A stretch of 64,000 bases of DNA, from assembly GCA_000165425.1 (NCBI GenBank), contig CT868030.1:434001-498000 (forward strand), given 5' to 3'. The notes beneath the pieces are model-generated. The model saw only the letters and a program-made list of their open reading frames with translations, did no database searches and had not been told where the DNA came from. Origin of the DNA: Paramecium tetraurelia. Taxonomy: Eukaryota. Shown in pieces: positions 13,683 to 28,202 of this stretch. Position 1 is the first letter of the stretch. The number at the start of each line of letters is the position of its first letter. The translations under genes were made by a program, and so were the position numbers.

Positions 13683-14913
13683 CAAATTTAGCCATGTAGT
13701 CCCATAGAGTATCTTTCTAGATTAAGCAAGTTTGCTCTAATCCTGAGAATGGTTTTGATAGCTTATATGATCATGGTGAGAAAAGAGAAAAGATTTTTCG
13801 CTTATAATTTTATATGCGTCATCAAAATTATAAATAAATTTGAGAATTCAGAATTTAACAACATCCTTCCATTATTATTGATAACAAAATCTCTAAAAAA
13901 TTTCTGAATTGAAAGTCTTATCCAATCTAAAACATTAAAATATAACTATCAACAATTTACTTAGAAAAGAGTAACATATTCTCCTCTAAATAATTTGAAT
14001 CTTGATTGAGAATATTATTATTTCTTATTATTAAGCAATTTCGTAATTCTTGTAAATTTAGCTAATTGCCTTATTCAGATATGTATTGATTAGAATGATT
14101 AATTACCAACATTATTTGTAAGACGTTCAAATAAAAAAGTTTTTGGAAAATACTTATTATACTCTGAAAAAAGTTATACAAAATTTTCTTATAGATCTAC
14201 AAAAACTTTTAAATAACGAGCAAATAACTTCTTCTAACACAATAAGGTTGATAAATCAAATACATAGTGAACACTTTTTTTTTAATTACAACGAGTTAAT
14301 CTACTAATATTTTAAATCCTTTTGCTATGTTTTTGAATCTAAATGGTTTATCTACATGAAATAAACAAAATTATCCAAATTTTTAATCTACTCTAAGAAT
14401 GTCTTTTGAAATTTAAAGTAAATATATTTTGTGACATATTTTTTGATGTTTGAATTAATTAAGCAAAAACTTTAGATGTTAGGTTGAATTCTAAATTTTA
14501 TGATTCTCTTCATATGTATTTCTTGTTTAACTTATATTTATTTGTCACCCCACTCAAAATTTGTTTGATTCAAGCCCATTTGTATTTTTTCAATTTTTTT
14601 GAAAAGTGATTTTTTTTCAAAATATCTAAATTTTTATTATAAAGTATAACTAAATTTGTGAATTGTAACAGATTTTTAGGTAGAGTTGTTTAGTAATCTT
14701 TAACCTAAAGGTTTAGGTCACTTCTATGATGATCTTAAACGCTTTCTTTCAACCCCTTACAACTACTATATTTACCCTAAATAATACAATTTGTAACATT
14801 TCTTACACTCCTAAACTATGGAGGCGTATTTTAGGAAAATATTTGGATTATATTTTGATAGATGAGGCTCTAACTTCATTTTTTGGATTATTGCTGTTGT
14901 CTCTAAGTGTCAT
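13683..14913 (-). CDS. Hypothetical protein; exon structure unresolved
   Basis: ATG 14913 (MTLRDNSNNPKNEVRASS..) and coding-like minus-strand frames. Confidence 0.35.
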
Positions 14914-15450
14914 GGCGTATTAAATATCAAATTATATATTAATATTAAATTTAAAAATAAAGAATTTATTAACATAATTGAACTTAATTGAACACATCCT
15001 TTTTGGAAATTTTCAATAAAAAAAAAAAATTATAGATATTCTTGGATAGTTAAAGAAGTTTTTCTTAAAATTATCTTATTATAGGTTGAGGTATATGAAT
15101 ATACCTCAATTTTTTCGAATTTTATTTTTTATTTATCTTAATTAATTTAATTAAAACGACACTTTAGAATGTAATTCAAGAATTTTTAGTAAAAATACTT
15201 TGTTAGTTAAAAAAATTGCATTCCTTTCCAATAATCTAAAACTCTATTATATCTCAACCATCATTCTGTTCTTCATATTGATTAAGATTATGATGAAGTA
15301 TTACTTCTAGACTGACGATTTTGGTGTCATTTATTTTCTTCTAAAAGTAAAATTTCGTATAATAATTATAAATAAGAAAATATTATTCAATATCATTAAT
15401 CTTGCTAAATGAGTTAATATACATAATTATTATATATTATTAAAAAATAT

Positions 15451-16571
15451 TCACAAATCAGTTTATGATTCATTCTATTGAATATCATTATCCAAGGGAT
15501 GATTATTATTCACATCACCTAAATTGTCATCATTATTCACATCACCTAAATCACCAGTATGATTATTATCATCAATATGTTATTGTTGGTCTAAACCATC
15601 CTAAGTGTTATTTTTTTGATGATTTGCTAGATCTTCCTCGGCTTATTTCATCAATTCACTAAGATCTGGAATAGCTCTTTTATGTATTGGTTCCTAATTT
15701 AAGTATTTCATAATACTTATTTGCCCTCCAATTTATCTTTGCCCCAATCAAGAATGTCATCTATTGTTTATGAGCTAGCATCTTGAAATCCAGTTATATA
15801 TGAAGGCTCTTGGACAATAACGTAGATCAGGAAAATGAACGCAATTATGCCAATTAATCTGAAAGAAATTTCTAACTTCCCATCTGTGTATTTGTAATTT
15901 GAATATAGAGGTTTGAATGATCCTAAGATTCCATATGACTAAGTTTCTTAATATGAAAGTTACATCATTGTTTAAGTTGGGGAGAATCCAAAAAGCATAT
16001 CCCATTAATCGTGAGATTATGTAAACAACCATTCTTACCACTTGGAGGGCAACCAGAAATACTAGAAGGTACAATGTAACTTTAAAGACACCGAATTTAA
16101 ATGCAAATGGCCATATTGGATAGAGGAAAGCAACAAATACTGCAAGTAGGATGCCAGCCATGATGAGATTGTTCATTTTGCTCTTTACAACCAAATTCCA
16201 GGTATAAAAGCTTTCATTCGTAAAGGTTTAGTCCTTTGAATATGACTATATACAATAACCTTAGCGTCAAAGACCTTTCTAGGCCATTTCTTTTTTGGGT
16301 CATCTGGAAGCCTGTCGATTTTAACAATAATGCGATTTTCATTGAGATATTTTGCGATCGATATGGCATCCTTCTTTTTATCAGGAAGTAGATTCTTGAT
16401 GTCCTCGAAATAGGTAGTAGTGAATTTAATGAAATCCTCACCCTTGAAGATTTATATCTTCTTCTGATATTTGAAATTGGCATCTTTAAGCTGAATTGCA
16501 TCTTTGTGTTTATGATAGAAGTTATAAAGAGGATATAATTGTTTCTCAAAGGCTTTTCTTTCCTCAGTCAT
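15451..16571 (-). CDS. SEC62: ER translocation protein Sec62
   Basis: LYPIWP, two TM helices, FWILPNL..D..SFKPLY motifs and an acidic C-terminal tail ending ESQTDL*. Confidence 0.9.
15505..15551 (-). repeat. Two-copy tandem repeat (27-nt period) in the Sec62 acidic tail
   Basis: attattcacatcacctaaat occurs twice, encoding xLGDVNN twice. Confidence 0.7.
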
Positions 16572-16599
16572 ATACGTGTATAAATATTAAATTAATATA

Positions 16600-18166
<1,567 letters not shown>

Positions 18167-18190
18167 TTATAATTTTATTATTATTATTTT

Positions 18191-19305
18191 ATGTGCACCA
18201 AATTGAATATAGCTAACTCTAATTCAAATGTAATGCTCTATTTGAAGTTAAGAGAAGGCGGTTGTGACAAAGCCTAAGCTCGCTTATTTTGCAGGAAGAA
18301 CTTTTGCCAAGTAGAACAAATGTTATATAACAAGATCGATTAAACCCAAAAGTCAATTGGACCAGCAGGCCACAAGGTTCTCAAATTACTACCCAACCGT
18401 CTACAAGGAGATCGAGGATGGCAACCTGGATTCATGATGAAATACGATCTTGGCAGTGGTTATAGAGACTCCAAAGGTATTCTTGTATAATCCACTCATT
18501 AGATCTAGTAGAGGAATAAACTCCAGCTGAAGAAGCCATTTTGAAGCAATATGATAAATATGAAAAAAAGAAGAGTGCTGCACTCTTATAGAAAATGTTA
18601 GCTGTTAAGAATTATGCCGATTCCCTCAAACCTCCCAAGATAGATGTCTTCACTAAAGACAGCATTGATAGGATAAGAAAGATATCTTAAGACTTACATG
18701 AAAACCAATAAAAACCTAAAAAATACTACTAATAAGGAGATATCAAATTTTATGCACTCGCTGATTATATTACTACAAATCGCTCAGGGTCATTAAATGA
18801 TCTCAGAATCAATTTTGATCCCATTACCAACACATAACTAAAATTAAAAACAGAAAATTCTTAATACTTAAGTCCAACCAAATGCTTTAAAAGGTAGGCA
18901 ACCATAAGTAATATTGAAAAAGGAGCCAATCTTATTATGGCCTTTTAGAATTAAACTCCTATTAATGAAGAATTAGATACGAAATCCTCTTTTCCGAATA
19001 CTGAAGTGGCATCCTCACTTTTAAGACTCAATCCTCATAAATTAGAATTGGCAGAAGAATTCAATTCAACTTAATATTTATTCACTCCATCTAGTTCTCA
19101 CACAAGATAAACAAGCCAAATTGACTAGAATGACCATGCAGTTAAGTGTTTTGTATAATAATTTTATGACAAACAATACAATGACAAAGTTATTCCATCT
19201 ACAAAGAGGAATCTAAGGTTGAGGACTATCGAAAATAGTGAAATACAGAAAATTGAACAATCGAAATATCTAAAAAAAAGACAATAGAAAAGATTAAGCA
19301 TGTGA
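18191..19305 (+). CDS. Hypothetical protein
   Basis: Code-6 frame from ATG 18191 (alternative in-frame ATG 18233), one intron near 18477-18502, TGA 19303-19305. Confidence 0.6.
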
Positions 19306-19416
19306 CTATATTATCTCAATATAAATTATATTTTAAATTAGTTTATAGGAATTGAGAGAATTCTTTACAATTAATAGGGATTCAATATCTTCATTTTAAA
19401 TTATTAATAAATCCTA

Positions 19417-19962
19417 ATGAACATACTCAATAAAGCTACATTTGGAGGGGGCTGTTTTTGGTGCATTGAAGCTGTTTACAGAAGAATTGAAGGAGTAGCT
19501 GAAGCATACTCTGGATATAGTGGAGGTGCAGAATAGACCACAGCCAACTATAAGGATGTGTGCAAAGGGAATACTGGCCATGCTGAAGTTGTGCAAGTTA
19601 TTTTCGATCAAAATAAAGTTGATTATAAGGACTTGCTGCATATCTTCTTTGCCTCACATGATCCAACCACTTTGAATAGGTAAGGTGAAGATAAAGGTGA
19701 ACAATATCGTTCGGTCATTTTTTATCATAGTGAAGAGTAATTAGCATTAGCCAATGAAGTTATAAAGGAATTGTAAAAAGAATATGAGAATCCAATAGTG
19801 ACTTAGCTTATTAAATTTTAAGAATTTTATAAAGCTGAAGATTATCATCAAGGATATTATGACATCAACTAAAATGAGGGATATTGTAAAATGGTCATAT
19901 CACCTAAGATTGAAAAGATAGTCAAGAAATATAAGACATAACTCAAGCAGGAATATTAATGA
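19417..19962 (+). CDS. msrA: Peptide methionine sulfoxide reductase A, 181 aa, intronless
   Basis: [59 protein letters not shown]. Confidence 0.95.
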
Positions 19963-19989
19963 ACAAGAATTCAATTTTTGTGTTTATCA

Positions 19990-21173
19990 TTATTCAACAT
20001 TTAATGCTCTGAATTGACCTTAGTTAAAGAGTGACCTCGGAATTGAGCAGTATAGCTAGTAGTTGATTTATCTGATTCAACTTGATTTATGAAGATCCCC
20101 CACTTTCTGAGAATTCAACTAATTCTTAATTTATCAAATACAAAAGATATAGAATGTGTTATTGAGACATAATTGAAAAGAACAGAAGCTACTCCAGCAC
20201 CATCATCAGCAACTTAAGCAGCTCATACTAAACTTATCAACACTTCTACTTTCCTCAAGTAACTTATTTACCCAAATATCCTATAATATTTTTAATAATT
20301 TAATATCAATAACCTATTAATATCTTCTTAGAATCTTAACTCATATTTAGGAAATTACAACAGATAAGGAAAGGAGCCTTTAAAATAGCCCATAAAGCAA
20401 AATGAACTTCATACTTATGAGTTCTCATTTAACAATACCCGCTTCTAACATATCTGGATAACTCCACAATTCTGGTACAGTTAGACCAAATTAGCCTATC
20501 CCACCAAAATAGCTTAATTATTAAAGTTAATCATTACCAATAGAAGAATACCAACGATCTGAAGTAATACCTGTAGATCTTCATGAGTTAGCAATCAAAG
20601 AAACCCACAGCCAGGGTTTCTCCTAACTCCATTCTCAAATTAAAAAGAGATCTTCTTAATGTATTTTCATCAAACATAGGAGAATAGGTTATTTTTGGAA
20701 ATGTACCATCAGTATGCCAATTATCATATCTCAAGTAGTTGATATCCATTCAGAATAGGTTTCCTCATCAATTTCTTTATATTCTACAGAGTCTGGTTTG
20801 TCTTCTCATTTTTGCATGTCCTGAATTGCATTAGTATAAAATTAAAATTACAGCATCCGAATACAATCCAAATTTAATCCTTATGAATGTACATATCAGA
20901 TCAATAAATGAATATCAGAAAGGAATTGAGTTGGATGAGCAATAATCTTTTTGGTAATAGCATCTCTAGCTGATTGCAACAATCAGCCAAATTTAAGTAA
21001 GTGTATCCTACTTCTGCCAATCAGATGGAGACCAAAGATTCGGCGGTTTGTCTCATAATTTCTTAGTTAATATGGTGGCTATATTTATTACTTGGATTCC
21101 AGTCCATAGGAGACTTTCTGCCTGGACCGTTACCAAAAGAATCAATATGAAACAGATATATATATTTGTACAT
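19990..21173 (-). pseudogene. Degraded GH27 alpha-galactosidase (melibiase) pseudogene
   Basis: Colinear remnants GNGPGRKSPMDWN, IMRQTAESLVSI*LAEVGYTYLNLADC, KFGLYSDA, YLRYDN, HFALWAILKAPFLI. In-frame TGA (e.g. 21021-21023) and several frameshifts. Confidence 0.85.
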
Positions 21174-21220
21174 ATTTTTAATTAATTTAGAGGGTTGAAA
21201 GAATCTATATAAATATGAGA

Positions 21221-21583
21221 TCATCGTAGTTCTTTTTCGCTTTAGGGATTAATCATTTTAAATGATCCATACGAGATTCCATTAATATTGAAGCAGCTTT
21301 CTACATTATGATAGGAATTATCTGAAATTAACTCAAAGCATTCTTCTATTTCATATTCATCCTGTTTATTCATTTCTTGCAGATGCTATTGCAATTAGAT
21401 AAGATTCTCATTTTTTTTAGGATAGATTATATAAAATGCCCTTACATTCTACATAAGGCATGCCATGGTTGGTTGATCATTTAACTTCTTTTGTTGTTTG
21501 AAATGGTTATTTTTCGACAAATAAGTTATTTCGCTTTCGGGTGCTTCAGTTTTCCTGACCTCACATTTGCAAGTTGAACCCAT
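21221..21583 (-). CDS. Small hypothetical protein with MGSTCKC N-terminus
   Basis: ATG 21583, putative myristoylation/palmitoylation motif, TGA near 21221. Confidence 0.5.
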
Positions 21584-21841
21584 TTTAAATTAACTACTTA
21601 TTAATAAATCAAAAATTCAGATACGCAAATAAACATATAAAGTATTTTTGATGATTTAACAATATTGATCTCATCTATTAGATTACATGATATATATTTT
21701 TAAGGGTAAATTACAAGAAGACTAAATCGAAAGAGTTGACTCGATGATCTCGAAATTTAATTAAATATGGAATATAAAATAATTAAGAAAAATATCTGTA
21801 AGCAACGTTGATAGATTAAATAACTATTTTTTTATATTGCT

Positions 21842-23428
21842 TCATTATTGCATTTGCATCGAAATTTCTTCGGTTTATAAGTCTGTATCAACTTCAGTCT
21901 TACATATGGGACATAGAGTACTCTTGTGTAACCATTTGTCAATACATTCTTGATGAAAGTAATGCCCTAGAAATTAATGAATATCAATCTTTACAGCATG
22001 GCATAGTACGAACAATTTGATTCTCCTCATAATCCTCTAAGCAAATCATGCATTTGATATGATTGTCATCATTTTGATGTTAGTTGATAAACTCCATACT
22101 AATCTGACGTATTGGCAATTGGTTGATTTAATCTTCTGAAGTTCGATTATTTCTGAGTTAGAGTAGCAATTGCTGATTCTCATTCAAGATAATGAAGGTA
22201 TTCAGCAATCGATGGAGTGCTTCAATTTATTAAGCATGTTGTCGTTGAAGATCATTTCTTCTATAGGGAACTAGATTTTATGGAAACAACTGATCAAATT
22301 GTCTATTGTGTTGAATTCTTTATTGGGGTATAGGGGAAAAGAGGTCGATATCAATTTGAGTGTGATTCGGAACAACCAATCCTTGTTCTTCAAACATCTA
22401 AACTTGAAATTCGAAATCCCAAATTCTCAAGATTTAGCCCTTCTCTAGGTATCTATTTAATCCCACAAAGTAGGGATTAATGACAATTTTTCTTATGGCT
22501 TCTTTGATTCTCTCTTTTTGAGATTAAAAGGTTGAAAAATATGCTGGAAATTTTATACAGCACAATTTAACATCTCTTAAATTCTACACATTTGGGATGC
22601 TCTCTATAGTCTTAAAAGGTTAATGTAAATGTTTACAGAGTTTCTATCGATTTTGCCAGATGCGTTTTCACATTGCAAAATCAGTAATTTTTGTGAGTTA
22701 ACTCTAATGGTTGAATCTTATATAATCTGATTGTCTTTGGGATTGACACTGAAGTAGGACTTTATTTCAAAATCTAATTATTGAGATGGTTTCTTCGATA
22801 AAATCTTAACTCTCCTTGTGGTGTCCTGAATGTAATAACCATAACAGTAGATTTGAGTTTATTTAGTTATAATTCCTCTAGATGGAAATCCACCTACAAC
22901 TCGAAATTCGAATGCCCCTATTGAAAACTTGATGCCTAATTCCAAGACTCTTTGACGTACAGAGAAGAAAGGTAAAAGTACGTTATTGATTAATCTTTAA
23001 AAGTCTATTACATTGTCTTTAATTAAGGCTGGATCGAGTTTGGTTCTATTTTAGAAGAAATTGAAACCTATTTACATAGAAGGTGACACTTTCTAAATTA
23101 TGCAGTGTTGTTTCGATAAGCTGAAATGTTCTCTTGTCTTCGAGCTATGTAGAATCTGGTCTTATTTAGATCTGACCATCATTCACAGAAAAGACCAGTT
23201 TGCACTAAAAACAATTGGTAATCCTCCCCAATTAATCGTCGAATTAGCAACTGCTACACTTAGGACATTTGACCAGAAATTGAACTTCCTCCTAATTGCC
23301 TTATATGCGATGAGCTGCAGTAGTGGCAGCTAGATGAGAATATCATTAAACTTACTCTTTTACAAATACACGACATGCTCATTTCCGAGTACCATATCTT
23401 ATTATTATTGAGTTTAAGCTTAGCCCAT
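21842..23428 (-). CDS. RING-H2 E3 ubiquitin ligase-like protein
   Basis: C-terminal [41 protein letters not shown]. Start MGQAQTQ, short introns. Confidence 0.85.
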
Positions 23429-23466
23429 TTAATTTGATATAAAAAAATAATATTTATAAGAGTTCA

Positions 23467-23879
23467 TCATTTTCTCTATTATAGCCAATTCCTGGATTAT
23501 TTATTGTCATCATGTTCTTCCTCTTTGATGTTCTAATGGTTATGTTGCTAATTCTAAGAGATTTAGGGTGCTAGTCTTGTTTAAAGAGTCTGTTATGGAT
23601 GTAATTGAGGCTACTAAATGTGAGGGTAATAGGGACCCATGTTGATCTAAACTATTTGAATGCTAAGATACAATGAAAGTGTTTGGAATCTGCGTGGGCA
23701 AGATCACCGGGTATTACAATTGAGGACAATACTAATTTAACATATCATTTCCATTATACATCCTCTAATTTTAAACCTCCAACAGCTCCTTAAAAGCCTA
23801 ATTTTAACTTAATTCAATAAAGTACTTCCAAGAATTGCTGTTAAGGATCTCCCTCGTTCTCAAATTGGTCTTGATTCAT
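23467..23879 (-). CDS. Small Q/H-rich hypothetical protein
   Basis: MNQDQFENEGDPQQQFLE, one intron, ends NWLQQRK*. Confidence 0.55.
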
Positions 23880-24129
23880 GATCAATTTTTATTAATTAAT
23901 TAAATAGAAATTCACAATAAATAACCAGTGAAAATTGTAATTATTACCCTAACAATTATAGTACTTATCATTTGTATTCAACTTTAGGAATAATCTGTTA
24001 TTCCTAAAGTAGAATATTCATCACCAAAACCCAATATTCAAATAATCTTTTTTCAAGCTACAGACCAATTGAATTAAGTTGAAAACTCAAATCTATTCAA
24101 TTAAACTAAATTAGAGTTAATTAATATAA

Positions 24130-25191
24130 TCATTTTTTCCAATAAGATTGAATATCTACAACTATTAAAGTCATGTTGTCCTTTTTATAATTTGTATTTT
24201 TCGATGCTGCCTTATCTAGAAGATATTGAGCCAACTGATCGACCTCCTGTCTCTTCCAGTTTTCAATCAACTACTGCAATTCCTCATTCTTCATCATCTA
24301 AAAAGTATACAAATCTCAAATACATCCCAAAATCCATCCGATGCCAAAATCAAGTACTTATCACAAGGCCTAATTTTGTGCAACTTTATCTCAGGAATAG
24401 CAATCAACCCAGATTAACGGTGTTTCTTATCCCCAAATGCCCTTGTCACTGCTAACTCTCCATTTATACGAGGAATCGAACTACCATTAATGATGAATCT
24501 TACTGTCTATCCAATATTGTAGCCATTTTTTCTACTCTTTTGAATTCGTCTTCCCTATTCAATTTGTGTTCCTAATTCAATTTCTCGATCTCATATTGGT
24601 CTGTCATTAAGACACATGCCGAATCTCCTAGATTCACAACATACAGGTCTTTCTGTCTGTTGATCACACAGAGAGCTGTTGATCCACCCAAATGTTGATT
24701 CTCATCCTGACAATCCAATATGTATTGATTCATCTTCTCAAAACTATTTAAAATAGCCTTCTCCAGATTATCCTCAAAATTGCAATCCTTTTGTAAATAA
24801 TCATGAAGTTTGTTTTCTAGGATGGCTGATACGGAATGTCCTGCATGCCCATCATATATTGCGTAAAAGAATTGCAGATCTTCATTTTTATTTAGATTAG
24901 GAATTGCGACAAACTTAAATTAATTGAATAAAGTACTCTATCCTCCTAATATTTCCGACCACATTTCAATTGGGCTACATCTGCAACTGTTTTCCCATTA
25001 TGCATAAATTATAAGGATTAATCACTTGCTATAACAAATATAACATACATAGGCTCATTGAAAAATATGTCAGTTTGCTGTTTCCAAGCATCAGTCGAAT
25101 GAGTACTCTCAGGCTGAACATCTGGGACGTTAACAACCAACTGCAATTTAGGCTTTTGCTTTTTCTAAGTATTAGTTTGTGTCAAGCTCAT
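24130..25191 (-). CDS. Protein phosphatase 2C (PPM family)
   Basis: GRKYQEDR, FYAIYDGHAG, GGSTAL, NLGDS, GELAVTRAFGD, LILASDGFWD, KDNMTLIVV. Confidence 0.92.
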
Positions 25192-25496
25192 TGTAGTAAT
25201 AAAATTTATTAAACTATTAATAATCCAAAAGGAAAATCACATTTTCTTAAAAAATGTTGAATAGAATTTCAGTCACTATTACGATCCCAAATCATAAATC
25301 TCCATAAATTTAATTGATCAAGGTCAATTACATTTATTTTATATCCATATATGCAATTATTATTATAGATCTCCTAATCATAATTAATAATTAATAACTA
25401 AGAACTAATAAACTATTTCGTAATTGATTATATCATTACTAATATCTTAAATTGTCTTTAATAATTTCTATATTATGTAATAAAATAAAATAATAA

Positions 25497-26970
25497 ATGA
25501 AAATCGTCATCCTTTTGGTTTTAGTGATGTCATCGTTAGGAAGGCTTACACAGAGAAATGACCTGTTTGGAAAAGAACAGATAGTCAAGGCCGCTATTAC
25601 AGAGTGGTTTACACAGAAACTAGATCACAATGATCCAACTTCACAAGAAGTGTTTAAACAAAGAGTTCACATTTATAATGAATATGTAAAAGATGACTAG
25701 CCTGAAGCAGTTATTTTATATATCTGTGGTGAATGGACATGTAATAACGAAGTACTTATCTTATAGGTGATGGAATTGGCAAGGGATTAACATTTGATGC
25801 TGCCTAATAATTGAATGCTGTTGTACTAGTTTTGGAACATAGATATTATGGTTAATCACAACCATTTGAGGATTGGAGTACTCCAAATTTAAAGTATCTC
25901 AATATCCACTAAGCATTGGATGACATAGCCTATTTTATCACTAGCATTAAAGCTAATGGAAACTACAATATTAAGCCAGACACTCCATGGATCCACCTTG
26001 GAGGTTCATACCCAGGAGCACTGAGTGCTTGGTTTAGATACAAATATCCTCATTTGACTATTGGAGGTTTGGCATCCTCTGCAGTTGTTAGGGCTGTTGC
26101 TTGTTATCACGAATACGACATGCAAGTTTATCTTTCTGCCTTAGAGAGTTCAACTGAGTAAGCTAAATTTTAACATAATTTTAGATGTGCGGATAGAATT
26201 CAGCAAGTAAACCAAAAGATTGAGGATGAATTGGCTAGAGATCCTGATGCTATCAAGGCTGCATTTGGTGCTTCAGAATTATAAGATATTGAATTCTTGT
26301 CTATGATTGCTGATATCTATGCTGGTATGGTATAAGGAAGAAAGAGATCAAAGATGTGTGATAGACTAGCAAAAGGATCTACTGTAGAGGAATGGTTTTT
26401 AGAAGTAAAGGACATGGCTAGAGAAACAGTTGATTAGGAGAGTTACGGTTCAGAATTTTTAAGGGATATCACTATTGACTTTTCAAAGAGTTCAAGATAA
26501 TGGACATATCAAACTTGCATTGAAGTTGGCTACTTCTAAACTGCTAATGTAAATAATCAATAATACATATTAAGCCCAATGCAGAACAATCTACTAGATC
26601 ATAAGAGTTAGTTCTTGATTTCTTCAGATAGTTGTGTGAGTACTCCTATGACATCCCCATATTCCCTGATGAAGATAGAACAAATGCTTATTTCGGTGGT
26701 CTTGATATCAATGTGGATCATCTCATATTTTCAAATGGCTCTGATGACCCCTGGTAACATGCTTCAATAACAAAATGGAAGTAAGGAAAAGAATATGATG
26801 TCAAATATATTAAATGCAAGGACTGTTCACATTGTATTGATCTTAGGGCATCCAGTCCAGAAGATCCCCCCGAATTAACTAAAGCTAGACAAGAAATCCT
26901 AGCAACATTCTAATAATGGATTAACGAATATTAATTGCAACAACAATAAAAAGCTACGATAATTGAGTGA
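25497..26970 (+). CDS. Secreted/lysosomal serine carboxypeptidase, peptidase family S28
   Basis: Signal peptide, FTQKLDH, LEHRYYG, GGSYPGALSAWFRYKYPHL..G.LASSA, FSNGSDDPW, SHCIDL. Confidence 0.92.
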
Positions 26971-27023
26971 ATAATAATATATATAGACATATAGATAGAT
27001 ATATATGAAAAGTAATAGGGTTA

Positions 27024-27545
27024 TCAATAAGGCATGAAATGGCCTCTTTGGTGATGACAACACTACTAAGTTGGTCTTCTGAAAGATCTCTGCATCATTC
27101 TCATTTGTAAGAATTCTTGCCATAATTATTCTAATTCACAAGGACAAGGTTGATAGGGTTAATGATAGTACATTTGAGGTTCCTCTTATCGATATTGCTA
27201 TCTTAAGGGTGATGCGCATAGAGATTTACTTTGGGACTATTATTGAGGTGATTTTTATTATTGCCATGAACTCATCCTCTTGTGTCCTGCCTATTATTCT
27301 AACTATTTTTATGGTTATTGGATCATTTGATTTAAGTGTTTGTGACTCTCCTCCTCTAGAAAGCGCGAATTCTCTTGGATGTAGATTTGGCTTTAAGCTA
27401 ATTGAGCAAATTGTGGACTCTATTCTTCAACGCTCATTATTGAACTTTATAGTGGAAATCTGGCAAATGAATGGCTTAATTAGGTTTGGTTCAATGAAGA
27501 CCCTTAAGTATAAGACATTCCCACAAATTGATAATTATTATTCAT
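27024..27545 (-). CDS. Q-rich hypothetical protein, 173 aa
   Basis: Intronless 522-nt code-6 ORF from ATG 27545 to TGA 27024. Confidence 0.55.
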
Positions 27546-27596
27546 AAAAATATAATTGTTATTTTAACTTTAATCATATATAATTTATATAATAAT

Positions 27597-28160
27597 ATGA
27601 ATACAGAATATTAATAATAAGAAGTTGAATTGTCAAGACAATCCCAATAAAGCTTAGAGGACACAGGCAATTAATTATTCTCAATTGTTTTTGCCATCAT
27701 TTACAATTGCATTTGGGGAATCCTATTTTGCTCATTTAGACATCTCTATTGTAAATTATAAATTATGACCAACAGATGATGAGGAATGTAAATAAATAAA
27801 CCTTTGGTCACTCTTGACAGAAATCTTTTTATTTTCAGTAACCATCTACAAATTGTACGATACTATTACTAGATAGAGCTATTGAATTACCAGTATATTA
27901 TAAAGTCTAAGGTAGATGGAAATAACATCTATTTCAGATTACGGAAAAGGTGGAATTTGTTTTAAGCATTATTGTATTAATTGGATTAAGTGTAATTTTA
28001 AATGTATTTATCTATCTAGTATGCTTATTTACAATTTGAAGATTGCAATGGATTGAGAAGCTTTGTTCTCTTTTATTTGATTGTGACTTACCTAGTTCTA
28101 GGCATATATTTGGTTTCTCTTCTTTTACTAATCACAAATAAAAGTCATAATTCTGGGTGA
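27597..28160 (+). CDS. Small multi-pass (about 4 TM) membrane protein
   Basis: Hydrophobic segments across exons separated by three short GT-AG introns, TGA 28158-28160. Confidence 0.65.
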
Positions 28161-28202
28161 GATATAACGAATCATGATTTATTATGAAAATTTAAATCAA
28201 AG

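Noticed and set aside
20089..20562. Plus-strand ORF of about 158 codons under code 6
   Set aside because: It is antisense to the GH27 pseudogene and has no recognisable motif. Long open frames arise easily when TGA is the only stop.
20890..21030. In-frame TGA codons as selenocysteine or readthrough
   Set aside because: They fall at non-Cys positions and co-occur with frameshifts and motif decay, so pseudogenisation explains them.
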